Source of the DNA: an uncultured Bacteroidales bacterium
GTDB taxonomy: Bacteria; Bacteroidota; Bacteroidia; Bacteroidales; JAUNSR01
Assembly (NCBI GenBank): GCA_947074145.1
Contig: CAMTOJ010000015.1
Span: forward strand, 44 to 64,043
DNA: 64,000 nucleotides
Direction of reading: 5' to 3'
Position 1 is the first letter of the stretch. Each line of letters begins with the position of its first letter. Of this stretch, positions 19,416 to 28,363 are shown in pieces. A program made the translations under genes and the position numbers. The notes below the pieces were generated by a model. It was given only the letters and a program-made list of their open reading frames with translations. It had not been told where the DNA came from and did not search any database.

Positions 19416-20363
19416 CTAATTTTCTCCTGAAGGTATAATTGGTGATTTATCAACATTTACATCTTTCCATGAAGAGATTGTTACTCCATTAAAAAGCAGA
19501 GTGTCGGCTAATAATTCAACTTCATATTGATATGAATGACCAGCTTCAAGATAATTTTGATATATTGGTAAAGCCGCATAATAGGTACGAAGAGAACTAT
19601 CATCAGTCAAAACCAACTGAAACTTCAACATTAGATCAGTAGTAGTTTCAACCTTTATTGGTGCCATTGTCAGCTGTGAATAGTAGATTGTATCATTCGT
19701 CAAACTATAAGAAAGATTATAATACGCAGTATCAACTTTTGATGCAGGACCAACATTTCCGTAATATAGATTCCAACTAAGCGTGTCCAAACTGGATGGG
19801 GTTAAGCTTATATAGTTGAATTGCTTTATTGGAAACATCTTGCTGATACTAAGCTTTAAAACAACTTGAGTAAATACATGACTAAAACTTATATTATAAT
19901 TAGTTGAAGGATATTGCGGCTTTAGATCGTATCCACCCCACCACAAATAATCTACATTATTCTCTAAATCATCATAAAGACCATACGTAAAAGCGGGAAC
20001 AGCAACATTTTCTTCATTTATACATGCAGCATAGAAATTATAATTACCATCGACAAGATACAATGCTGTATCTACCGGGGTTAGAGTACCGGCTACCTTG
20101 GTAAAATATCTATTTTGTGTTGTCGAATAAATTGTATTGAAAACATAAATTATCGCATATCGGTTTGCATTTAATAATGACGAAGATGTTCTTGTGTTAA
20201 AGTTGTCAATATCCGCATCAAAACCGATTCTTATATCTTCCCTTTTTTTATTATCTTCTTTATTATCTGTCTTTTCCAAAATCCAGTGATTATAATCAAC
20301 TGTATTTTCGGTACATGAAAGCGAGAGTATAAACAATAAATAGATAAAAAAATGAAACTTCAT
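19416..20363 (-). CDS. Fimbrillin-like lipoprotein, paralog 2
   Basis: 315 aa with lipobox LSLSC. Motifs: FNTRTSS, GNYNFYAAC, NNVDYLWWGG, ISFSHVFTQVVL, GHSYQYEVEL, ISSW. Confidence 0.65.
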   Translation of the reverse strand: MKFHFFIYLLFILSLSCTENTVDYNHWILEKTDNKEDNKKREDIRIGFDADIDNFNTRTSSSLLNANRYAIIYVFNTIYSTTQNRYFTKVAGTLTPVDTALYLVDGNYNFYAACINEENVAVPAFTYGLYDDLENNVDYLWWGGYDLKPQYPSTNYNISFSHVFTQVVLKLSISKMFPIKQFNYISLTPSSLDTLSWNLYYGNVGPASKVDTAYYNLSYSLTNDTIYYSQLTMAPIKVETTTDLMLKFQLVLTDDSSLRTYYAALPIYQNYLEAGHSYQYEVELLADTLLFNGVTISSWKDVNVDKSPIIPSGEN

Positions 20364-20427
20364 GAGATAATTTTTTTAATCGGCTCAATTAATAATGGGA
20401 AGATTTAGGAATAACATTATAATAGTT

Positions 20428-21477
20428 TTAATTTATTTGGGTTGGAATAATTGGTGTAGAGTTTGCATCTACTGATATCCAATCATAAACCATTACAGAA
20501 TTAGTAAATGTAACTTCATTGTTTTTAAATGCGACCTTATAAATATATGCATTCCCGGCTTGGAGATTATTCTGGTAAACAGGAAGTGTTACATTATATT
20601 TGGCAGAGGGTTGAGAATTTAATGATACACTGAATTGGGCTGTCATATTACCGTTTAATTCAAGAGGCATCATAATGATCTGTCCATAATAAACTGTATC
20701 AGAGGCAGTAGTCGTAGAAGAAGTTGTCGAGGATGAAGTAGAGGTAGAAACCGGCATATTGGTGTATGTAGTTTCTACAGCAGTTGAATTGCTTATTACA
20801 CCCGTTAACAAACTCCATGTATTATCAGTTGTTGTAGAAGCTGTAATAGACATAGTTGGATCTGAAGAAAAGGAAACTCCATCACTATTTTCAAATGCAA
20901 TTACAACCTGTGTACAACAATGCTTAAGATTCATAGTTACATTTTGTGAAGTCCCGGAAACAGAAAGTCCTGATTGAGACCACCATATGTAGTCAATATT
21001 ATTACTCAAGTTAGTAATACTTGTTGAACTGAAAGTTGGTACGGCTGTTCCTGCCGGTGTATTAACTCCGGGAGCAAAAAGATTATATGTACCAGTAACC
21101 AAGGTCATTGCTGTTGTTGAAGGAGATGAAGGTGTCAATGTACCGACACTTGATTTATATTGCTCGGAGGTAACAAGAGTGGTGTTGCTTGAATTATAAA
21201 CATAAACAGATACATATCTCCCTGATTCTATTTCCGACATTGAATTTGCTCTTGTATACATTGAATATACATTGGCATCATAATACATCTTAGTAATTTT
21301 ATTACTTGTTGAAGTTGAATCAACAGTGTTTGTCGATGTAGAAGTTGAATCAGAAGAAGATCCGCCCAGATAAGTATCCTGTCCTTGTTCATTACCAACC
21401 GTTACATTAATATTATCTTTTGAACAAGAATAAATAAGTCCAAATAAAAAAACTAAAGGAATGAAGATCTTTTTCAT
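20428..21477 (-). CDS. Fimbrillin-like lipoprotein, paralog 1, with Ser/Thr-rich tracts
   Basis: The ORF track starts at a GTG (21507). I prefer ATG 21477 (MKKIFIPLVFLFGLIYSC, a good lipoprotein signal). Motifs: MYTRANS, GTYNLFAPG, NNIDYIWWSQ, MNLKHCCTQVVI, GNAYIYKVAF, VYDW. It has two S/T-rich low-complexity tracts. Confidence 0.65.
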   Translation of the reverse strand: MKKIFIPLVFLFGLIYSCSKDNINVTVGNEQGQDTYLGGSSSDSTSTSTNTVDSTSTSNKITKMYYDANVYSMYTRANSMSEIESGRYVSVYVYNSSNTTLVTSEQYKSSVGTLTPSSPSTTAMTLVTGTYNLFAPGVNTPAGTAVPTFSSTSITNLSNNIDYIWWSQSGLSVSGTSQNVTMNLKHCCTQVVIAFENSDGVSFSSDPTMSITASTTTDNTWSLLTGVISNSTAVETTYTNMPVSTSTSSSTTSSTTTASDTVYYGQIIMMPLELNGNMTAQFSVSLNSQPSAKYNVTLPVYQNNLQAGNAYIYKVAFKNNEVTFTNSVMVYDWISVDANSTPIIPTQIN

Positions 21478-21644
21478 AACTATTATTTTAATAATTAAAA
21501 AACACACGTTATGTAAATAAGAATATATTTAAAAACGTCATTTTTATATGCTGATATAATTATAATTAATAATAAAACATTTCATTCTTTTAGATGTTCC
21601 TTTTGCAAATGTTAAAAACAACAATAATATTGGAATTTTACAAA

Positions 21645-21679
21645 TAAAAAAAGCATAGTGTTCTGATTTACACCATGCT
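21645..21679 (-). terminator. Rho-independent terminator ending the aroE/small-wHTH transcript
   Basis: On the minus strand, the stem AGCATGGTG/CACTATGCT (one mismatch) has a 10-nt loop and is followed by T6. It lies 29 nt past the stop at 21708. Confidence 0.6.
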
Positions 21680-21707
21680 TATATAGTAAAAATTATTTTA
21701 AAATCAA

Positions 21708-21884
21708 TTATTTTGCCGCCCAATAACAGCGTTTAGGAGACTCTATGCGGCCCTCATCTTTTAATTTTTTCATTGCTTTATCGACCTCTTTTCTGTCAAT
21801 ACCTAATTGTTCTGTTATCTTTCCTGCATTTATTGGTTCTGATGAAGATTTTATCACTTCAAAAACTTTTTCAATTGTATCCAT
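21708..21884 (-). CDS. Small (58 aa) winged-helix-like DNA-binding protein, below the ORF-track length cutoff
   Basis: My own translation is [58 protein letters not shown]. The pattern is helix-turn-helix plus wing. The ORF starts 26 nt after the aroE stop and is followed by a terminator. The overlapping plus-strand ORF 21745..21975 looks spurious. Confidence 0.45.
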   Translation of the reverse strand: MDTIEKVFEVIKSSSEPINAGKITEQLGIDRKEVDKAMKKLKDEGRIESPKRCYWAAK

Positions 21885-21910
21885 AATTCTTAATATTTTA
21901 ATTTATCATA

Positions 21911-22657
21911 TCATTTCTGCCAAATCTCCCATGCAGCAAGTGCCTGGAGAACAAGCATATCATAACCATTTTTAATTACAGCACCCTTTTCGCGAGATAA
22001 TCTTAAAAAAGCTGTTTCTTCAGGATTATAAACAAGGTCATAACATAAAAAGTTGTGATTTATATATTGGTAAGGAATATCGGGGTAAGATTCAATATTT
22101 GGATACATACCAAGAGGTGTTGTATTAACAATAACTGAATATTCATTAAAGATTGCTTGTGTCAAATCTTTATAAGACAATATCCCTTTTTCAAGATTTT
22201 GTTCTCTGGATACATACGTGCATTTTATACCTAATTTTTCAAGAGAATAAAAAACCGCTTTTGATGCACCTCCTGTTCCAAGTATCAATGCCTTAGTATG
22301 ATTATCTTTTAACAATGATTTTATTGATTCGGAGAATCCAACAATATCAGAGTTGTAGCCTTTTAGTATTTTGCTATCATTCTCTTTAATTATCTTTACC
22401 ACATTTACTGCACCAATTTTTTCAGCTTCAGGATCGAGACAATCAAGAAAATCTATCACTTTTTCTTTATAGGGAATTGTTACATTTAAGCCCTCTATTT
22501 CCGGAAATCGATCAATTAAGGATGTGAAATGAGATATACTGGAGATATCAAAATTCAGATAATCTGCATCGATGTTTTCTAACTTAAATTTCTCTTTAAA
22601 AAAATTGGCCGAAAATGAATGAGATAAAGGATGTCCTACTAAACCATATAATTTCAT
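21911..22657 (-). CDS. aroE: Shikimate 5-dehydrogenase
   Basis: 248 aa. The N-terminus LYGLVGHPLSHSFS, the NVTIPYK motif and the GTGGASKA NAD(P)-binding loop are typical of AroE. Confidence 0.85.
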   Translation of the reverse strand: MKLYGLVGHPLSHSFSANFFKEKFKLENIDADYLNFDISSISHFTSLIDRFPEIEGLNVTIPYKEKVIDFLDCLDPEAEKIGAVNVVKIIKENDSKILKGYNSDIVGFSESIKSLLKDNHTKALILGTGGASKAVFYSLEKLGIKCTYVSREQNLEKGILSYKDLTQAIFNEYSVIVNTTPLGMYPNIESYPDIPYQYINHNFLCYDLVYNPEETAFLRLSREKGAVIKNGYDMLVLQALAAWEIWQK

Positions 22658-22787
22658 GTCTTTGTTTATTATTTGTTACTATTGATAAATATATAATAAA
22701 TAATAACAAACAAAAAAATCTCTATTTATTATTTATGTAATTATAAAAAATAGAATAATAATAATATTTATGTTTAAGTATAAATAT

Positions 22788-22795
22788 TATTTTTG
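22788..22795 (+). promoter_or_regulatory. Candidate -7 promoter box TATTTTTG for the amidase gene
   Basis: Exact TAnnTTTG, 34 nt upstream of the ATG at 22829. Confidence 0.3.
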
Positions 22796-22828
22796 TGAGT
22801 GTATCAAATTCTTTTTCAGGCATAATCT

Positions 22829-24037
22829 ATGAAAATAAAATTCATCACCATATTAATCACACTGGTTCTTGTTGTTTCTAATATTTTTGCTCAACAAAAA
22901 TTTATAGTAGTTCTTGATGCCGGTCATGGAGGTCATGATCCGGGATGTATTGGTCAAAAAAAGACTAAAGAGAAAGATATTAACCTTGCAGTGACTGTTA
23001 AACTTGGTGATTTGATAGAAAAGAATTGTAAAGATGTAAAAGTTATTTATACTCGAAAAACAGATGTTTTTGTACCACTTATAAACAGAGCCAAAATAGC
23101 GAATAATAAAAAAGCAGATCTCTTCATTTCGATACATTGTGATGCTATTGCGAATAAAAATAACGCAGCATCGGCATATGGTGTCAGTACATTTACTATG
23201 GGAGCTGCAAAAACAGAAGCCAATCTGGCTGTTGCAAAAAGAGAGAATTCTGTTATTTTGCTTGAAGATAATTATGAAACAACCTACCAGGGATTTGATC
23301 CAAAAAGTCCGGAGTCTTATATTATGTTTGAATTGCTTCAGGGAACACATCAAAAACAAAGTATAGAATTTGCACAGTGCGTACAAACACAGATAAAACA
23401 AAGAGCAAAAAGAAATGACAGAAGTGTTAGACAAACACCTGCTCTGGTATTAAAAGAAGCCGGTATGCCGGCGGTTTTGATTGAAATTGGATTTCTTTCT
23501 AATTTAAAAGAGGAAGCATATTTAATTACTCAAGCTGGACAAAATGCAATTGCAAATAGTATCTATTATGCTTTTCAAGATTATAAGAAATCGTATGATA
23601 AGCAAAATCAAATTACTACATCAACAATAAAAGAAAGTAACCCTCTAACAACAGAGTCTAAGGTTCGAGATGATTCTACATCTGAGATTATCAAAAAACA
23701 ACCGGCTAAAGTCAATACAGAATCGCCTAAAACAACTGTTTCCAATCAAAAGACAACATCTGTTTCCAAAACTACCAATAACTCAAAATCAGTAACGAAT
23801 AAAGGTGAAATTTCTTATAGAATTCAGTTTTTAACTTCACAAAAACTTTATAAAGAGGGTGATGCTAAATTTAAGGGGTTAAAAAATATTGGATACTACA
23901 AAGACGGTAATCTTTATAAATATTATATAGGTAATAAACCTACCGCTCAAGGTCTTAGCTCAGAATTAAAAAGTGTAAAAGCTAAATTTAACGATGCTTT
24001 TATTATAAAGATGAAAGATGGTAAAAGGGTAAAATAA
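22829..24037 (+). CDS. N-acetylmuramoyl-L-alanine amidase (Amidase_3) with C-terminal SPOR domain
   Basis: 402 aa with a signal peptide. The LDAGHGGHDPG zinc-amidase motif is followed by a T/S/K-rich linker and a SPOR-like C-terminus (YRIQFLTSQK...YKYYIGN). Confidence 0.85.
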   Translation: MKIKFITILITLVLVVSNIFAQQKFIVVLDAGHGGHDPGCIGQKKTKEKDINLAVTVKLGDLIEKNCKDVKVIYTRKTDVFVPLINRAKIANNKKADLFISIHCDAIANKNNAASAYGVSTFTMGAAKTEANLAVAKRENSVILLEDNYETTYQGFDPKSPESYIMFELLQGTHQKQSIEFAQCVQTQIKQRAKRNDRSVRQTPALVLKEAGMPAVLIEIGFLSNLKEEAYLITQAGQNAIANSIYYAFQDYKKSYDKQNQITTSTIKESNPLTTESKVRDDSTSEIIKKQPAKVNTESPKTTVSNQKTTSVSKTTNNSKSVTNKGEISYRIQFLTSQKLYKEGDAKFKGLKNIGYYKDGNLYKYYIGNKPTAQGLSSELKSVKAKFNDAFIIKMKDGKRVK

Positions 24038-24151
24038 CCTAATATACAGAGTCAAAAACTTAGTTTTAGTAGATTTATAATCGAAAAATGAGTTACTTTG
24101 TAACGTTTTTGTCGGTTTAAGCTATGGCAAAAATTTATAAAACAGTTTTAT

Positions 24152-25045
24152 ATGAAAAATGGATATTCTAAGGAGTTTAAATTAGGATTAACGGCAATTT
24201 TTTGTGCAGTAGTTTTAATTTTCGGAGTTAACTACCTCAAAGGTGTAAATATATTTAAGCCTGACAATTATTATTTTATAGAAATGAAAAATGTCCAGGG
24301 TCTTGCAAATTCTGCTCCTGTAACTATTGATGGTTTCAAAGTTGGACTTATCCGTGAAATATCATATAATTACAATAAACCCGGAAATATACTGGTAGAG
24401 ATAAGTGTAGATAAAGAACTTAAAATTCCTACCGGGTCAAAGTTTGAAATGGAAACAGATTTAATGGGAACATCATCTTTCGCTATTAAATTAAATAACC
24501 ATGTTAGCACTTATTATAAAGTAGGAGATACAATTGAAGGCCTAATAGGGTCTGGACTGATGGATGATATAACAGATAAGATGCTTCCTAAGATTGACCA
24601 GATGTTACCAAAAATTGATTCTATAATAACCAATCTTAATATGATATTGGAGGAAGCCAAAATCAAAGAAACAATGATTAGCATTAACGGATTAGCTTTA
24701 AACCTTGAAAAAAGTTCAGAGTCACTTGCGAGATTGATGAAGAATGATATTCCTCAGATTGCATCAAACCTAAAAGCTACTACCGATAATTTTGCAAAAA
24801 TAAGCGAAGATGTAAATAAAATCAATTTTGAAGAGCTTTACCTTTCTGTAAATAACACACTTAATAATGTTAACAAAATTGCTAATGATATAAGTTCTGA
24901 AAATGGAACTATAGGATTGCTATTAAAAAATCCTTCTTTATATAACAATTTGAATAGTACAGTTTCACATATAGATTCACTTATGATTGATTTGAAGAAA
25001 AATCCTAAACGATATGTTCATTTCTCTGTATTTGGAAAAAAATAA
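24152..25045 (+). CDS. MlaD/MCE family protein
   Basis: 297 aa with an N-terminal TM helix and an MCE core (APVTIDGFKVGLIREI), then a helical C-terminus. It has an internal MLPKIDQ/MLPKIDS duplication. Confidence 0.8.
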   Translation: MKNGYSKEFKLGLTAIFCAVVLIFGVNYLKGVNIFKPDNYYFIEMKNVQGLANSAPVTIDGFKVGLIREISYNYNKPGNILVEISVDKELKIPTGSKFEMETDLMGTSSFAIKLNNHVSTYYKVGDTIEGLIGSGLMDDITDKMLPKIDQMLPKIDSIITNLNMILEEAKIKETMISINGLALNLEKSSESLARLMKNDIPQIASNLKATTDNFAKISEDVNKINFEELYLSVNNTLNNVNKIANDISSENGTIGLLLKNPSLYNNLNSTVSHIDSLMIDLKKNPKRYVHFSVFGKK

Positions 25046-25563
25046 ATGACAAAAGAAATATGATAACTATATAATTTTTTGTCATAAATCAATCTGTTTT
25101 TTGTTTTTTTTTCTTTCTTTTTTAATGTTATACAATATATAAAAATGACTAATGCATTTACAATTTTATTGTTAACATTGTAAAGTTTTTTGATGAATAA
25201 TTCGAGGTGAATTACACACATTATTCTTCACTTTTAATTTAGAATAGAAATAAATTTATTTCTGAAAAATAAGTTTTTTCATTGCTTATTAAGTGTTTGA
25301 ATTGCAGCATATTGCGTAAATAAAACTAACTTCATTTAACATATTAGTTAAATCGAAAATTTGATACAATACTGATACTATGACAGTTATGTTTATTAAT
25401 AATTAAACCTTGTCATTCTAGCGGATTTAATAAAGCGTTTTGATTTTCAATACATTATTTCATAATGGAAAAATGCAAATGATTTGCCATTTTTTTTTAA
25501 AGAAATAAATGCCCACTTTTGTCCGTTCAATTACAAGTCTTGAAAAATTTGGTGTTACAAAAA

Positions 25564-26973
25564 ATGAATTCTGATTTTACAACTTTATGGGATAAATGTC
25601 TTGATATAATAAAAGACAATGTTCAGGAAGCCGCATTTAAAACGTGGTTTACTCCAATACAACCTTTATCCTTTAAAAATAAAGTCCTAACAATACAGGT
25701 ACCTACTCCGTTCTTCTATGAGTATCTAGAAGAAAAGTATGTGAATCTGCTTCGTAAAACTCTTTTTAGAGTTTTCGGCGAAGGGACCCAGCTTATGTAT
25801 AAAGTTGTTGTAGTCAACAAAAATCAAGATCAACCAAAATCTACAATTGAGATTGAAACATCAAAGAAATCAATTGTTGCGGAGAAAAAGGATTTTAGAC
25901 CTTCACCTTTTACTCAAGTTCCGGTAAAAGCAAAAGAGCAAGCAGACATTGATTCTCAGCTGAATCCAAACTATAATTTCGAAAATTATTTTTGCAGCAC
26001 TAGTAATAAACTAGCAAGAACAGCTGGTGAAACTATTGCTCAAAATCCAGGAACTACTGCCTTTAATCCACTTTTCCTTTATGGTGAATCAGGTGTTGGT
26101 AAAACTCATCTTGCTCATGCTATAGGTATTCAAATTAAGGAGCAACAACCTGATAAACGAGTACTTTATGTTACAGCTCATCAGTTTCAGGTACAATACA
26201 CTGATGCTGTAAGAACAAATACCGTTAATGATTTTATAAATTTCTATCAAAGCATCGATATACTGTTGATTGACGATATACAGGAGTTTGCAGGAAAAAC
26301 TCAAACTCAAAATACGTTTTTCCATATCTTCAACCATTTGCATCAAAACAGAAAGCAACTTGTCATGACTTCTGATAGACCTCCTGTTTCTCTTGATGGT
26401 ATGGTTCCTCGTCTTTTGACAAGGTTTAAATGGGGATTAACAGCAGAACTTGAGCGACCTGATTATGATTTAAGAAAATCTATTCTTACAAATAAAATCA
26501 GACATGATGGTCTTTCTATTAAAAAGGAAGTTGTTGATTATATTGCTCGTAATGTAACAGAAAATGTTCGAGATCTTGAAGGTGTAATAATCTCCTTAAT
26601 GGCTCATTCGACGATTTTCAATAGAGAAATCAGCATAGATTTGGCAGAAAGAGTTTTAAGTAAGAATATTCATGTTGAGAAAAAACAAATTTCTGTTGAA
26701 TCAATTCAGGAAACTGTTTGTAAATATTTCAATATTGAAAATAAACAGATTCACTCTAAATCAAGAAAAAGAGAGATTGTTCTTGCAAGACAAGTTTCGA
26801 TGTATCTTTCAAAAAAATATACAGATTTTTCTTTATCAAGAATTGGTGATATGATAGGAAAAAGAGATCACGCTACTGTTCTTCATGCTCTTAAAAACAT
26901 CAATGGATTATTAGATATTGATAAATCATTTAAAAGCAATATGGATGAAATAGAAGAATTACTAAGACAGTAA
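25564..26973 (+). CDS. dnaA: Chromosomal replication initiator protein DnaA
   Basis: AAA+ Walker A GESGVGKTHL, Walker B LLIDDIQ, and a C-terminal DNA-binding domain (GKRDHATVLHA). The ORF track opens at TTG 25519. I prefer the in-frame ATG 25564 (MNSDFTTLWDKCL, a typical DnaA N-terminus). Confidence 0.95.
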   Translation: MNSDFTTLWDKCLDIIKDNVQEAAFKTWFTPIQPLSFKNKVLTIQVPTPFFYEYLEEKYVNLLRKTLFRVFGEGTQLMYKVVVVNKNQDQPKSTIEIETSKKSIVAEKKDFRPSPFTQVPVKAKEQADIDSQLNPNYNFENYFCSTSNKLARTAGETIAQNPGTTAFNPLFLYGESGVGKTHLAHAIGIQIKEQQPDKRVLYVTAHQFQVQYTDAVRTNTVNDFINFYQSIDILLIDDIQEFAGKTQTQNTFFHIFNHLHQNRKQLVMTSDRPPVSLDGMVPRLLTRFKWGLTAELERPDYDLRKSILTNKIRHDGLSIKKEVVDYIARNVTENVRDLEGVIISLMAHSTIFNREISIDLAERVLSKNIHVEKKQISVESIQETVCKYFNIENKQIHSKSRKREIVLARQVSMYLSKKYTDFSLSRIGDMIGKRDHATVLHALKNINGLLDIDKSFKSNMDEIEELLRQ

Positions 26974-26994
26974 TTTTCTTCTTCAAGAAATAAT

Positions 26995-27069
26995 AAAGAG
27001 TCGGTTATTAATATATCTAAAGAATGTTGGCTATAAACATTTATAGATTATATTAATAACCGACTTTTT
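26995..27069 (+). terminator. Large hairpin terminator downstream of dnaA
   Basis: The 17-bp perfect stem AGTCGGTTATTAATATA/TATATTAATAACCGACT extends further with one bulge. It is followed by T5. Confidence 0.65.
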
Positions 27070-27379
27070 ATATATAAACTGAGATCTATTTTTAATTGAT
27101 ATTTATAGGATGAGACTGTTTGTCGTAATAATTATATGATTAAAATAATAGATTGTATTATACTATATATGTCATTGAAACTGAACTTTAAGAATCTGAT
27201 TTTGGGTTTTAATCCGAATAAAAATTAATTTATATAGATTAATAATCACAGAATATATACTTTATCCAAATCATATATTATAAAAAATAATATTTTAAAT
27301 TTAGAGGCTGAATATATTATTATCAATATTAGAATTGATACGTATTTAGTAAAATGAATAAGGATAAATAAGAAACAAT

Positions 27380-28123
27380 ATGTTTGAATCAGTAAAAAAC
27401 AGAAGAACAATCAGATCATATAAATCTGAAAATATCAGTGATTCTCTATTAAATGAGCTTTTTGAGGCTGCAGCTAAAGCTCCGACTACGGGAAATATGC
27501 AGCTTTACAGTGTAATAGTTACACGCGATGAAGAAAATAAAAAGGCTTTAGCACCTTTACATTTCAATCAACCAATGGTAACAAAAGCTCCAGTCGTTTT
27601 AACTATTTGTGCAGATTTTAACCGTTTTTCGATATGGTGTAAAGAAAGAGATGCTGATCCCTGTTATGATAATTTTCAATCATTTATAGCAGCATTACTT
27701 GATGCAATGTGTTTTGCCGAAACATTTTGCGATTGTGCAGAGTCGGTTGGCTTAGGAACATGTTATCTTGGTACAACAACATACAATGCAGGTAAAATAA
27801 TAGAAACACTATCTCTTCCGCAACTTGTGGTACCTATTATAACAATTACATTAGGTTATCCAGAATCAATACCTTCACAACAAGATAAACTTATAAATAA
27901 AGCATTCGTTCATAATGAGAAGTATATTGATTATTCTTCGGAAATGATTGATGAATTGTATCAACATAAAGAATCACTACAAGAAAATATTAAATTTATT
28001 GAGGAGAATGGAAAAACTACTCTTGCTCAAGTATTCACAGATATAAGATATCCCAGAAAAAACAATGAGTTTTTCTCTACAGAATTTATAGAAGTATTAA
28101 AACAACAGGGATTTCTTAAATGA
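27380..28123 (+). CDS. Nitroreductase family protein
   Basis: 247 aa. The N-terminal RRTIRSY motif and the overall FMN-nitroreductase pattern are present. Confidence 0.8.
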   Translation: MFESVKNRRTIRSYKSENISDSLLNELFEAAAKAPTTGNMQLYSVIVTRDEENKKALAPLHFNQPMVTKAPVVLTICADFNRFSIWCKERDADPCYDNFQSFIAALLDAMCFAETFCDCAESVGLGTCYLGTTTYNAGKIIETLSLPQLVVPIITITLGYPESIPSQQDKLINKAFVHNEKYIDYSSEMIDELYQHKESLQENIKFIEENGKTTLAQVFTDIRYPRKNNEFFSTEFIEVLKQQGFLK

Positions 28124-28363
28124 TAATAATATTTTCAATAAATAAATATTGCAAATAGTACTTTACAGAATAGATTAAAAAATCAACACAGACAACTTAT
28201 ATTAACTGTGATAAATATTAATATCTAAGATTATTTTCTTCATATAACAACAACACCTCTTTTAATATTCATATCAGAATAATAAATGTGGTGTTGTTTT
28301 ATTTAAGAAATTAGTGATTAACAATATTATTTTTATTGCATTCTAAGACATATAAGAAATATT

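Noticed and set aside
21708-21884. Z-alpha-like (Z-DNA binding) interpretation of the 58-aa wHTH protein because of the terminal wing Trp
   Set aside because: The Z-alpha recognition-helix Asn/Tyr and the wing Pro-Pro are not present. Only the generic wHTH pattern is supported.
21745-21975. 76-aa plus-strand ORF between the pilin array and aroE
   Set aside because: It overlaps the aroE 3' end antisense. It also overlaps the better-supported 58-aa minus-strand wHTH ORF, which has a proper ATG, operon spacing and a terminator.
25519-25563. TTG start for dnaA proposed by the ORF track
   Set aside because: The 15 extra residues (SVQLQVLKNLVLQK) are not DnaA-like. The in-frame ATG at 25564 gives the conserved N-terminus.
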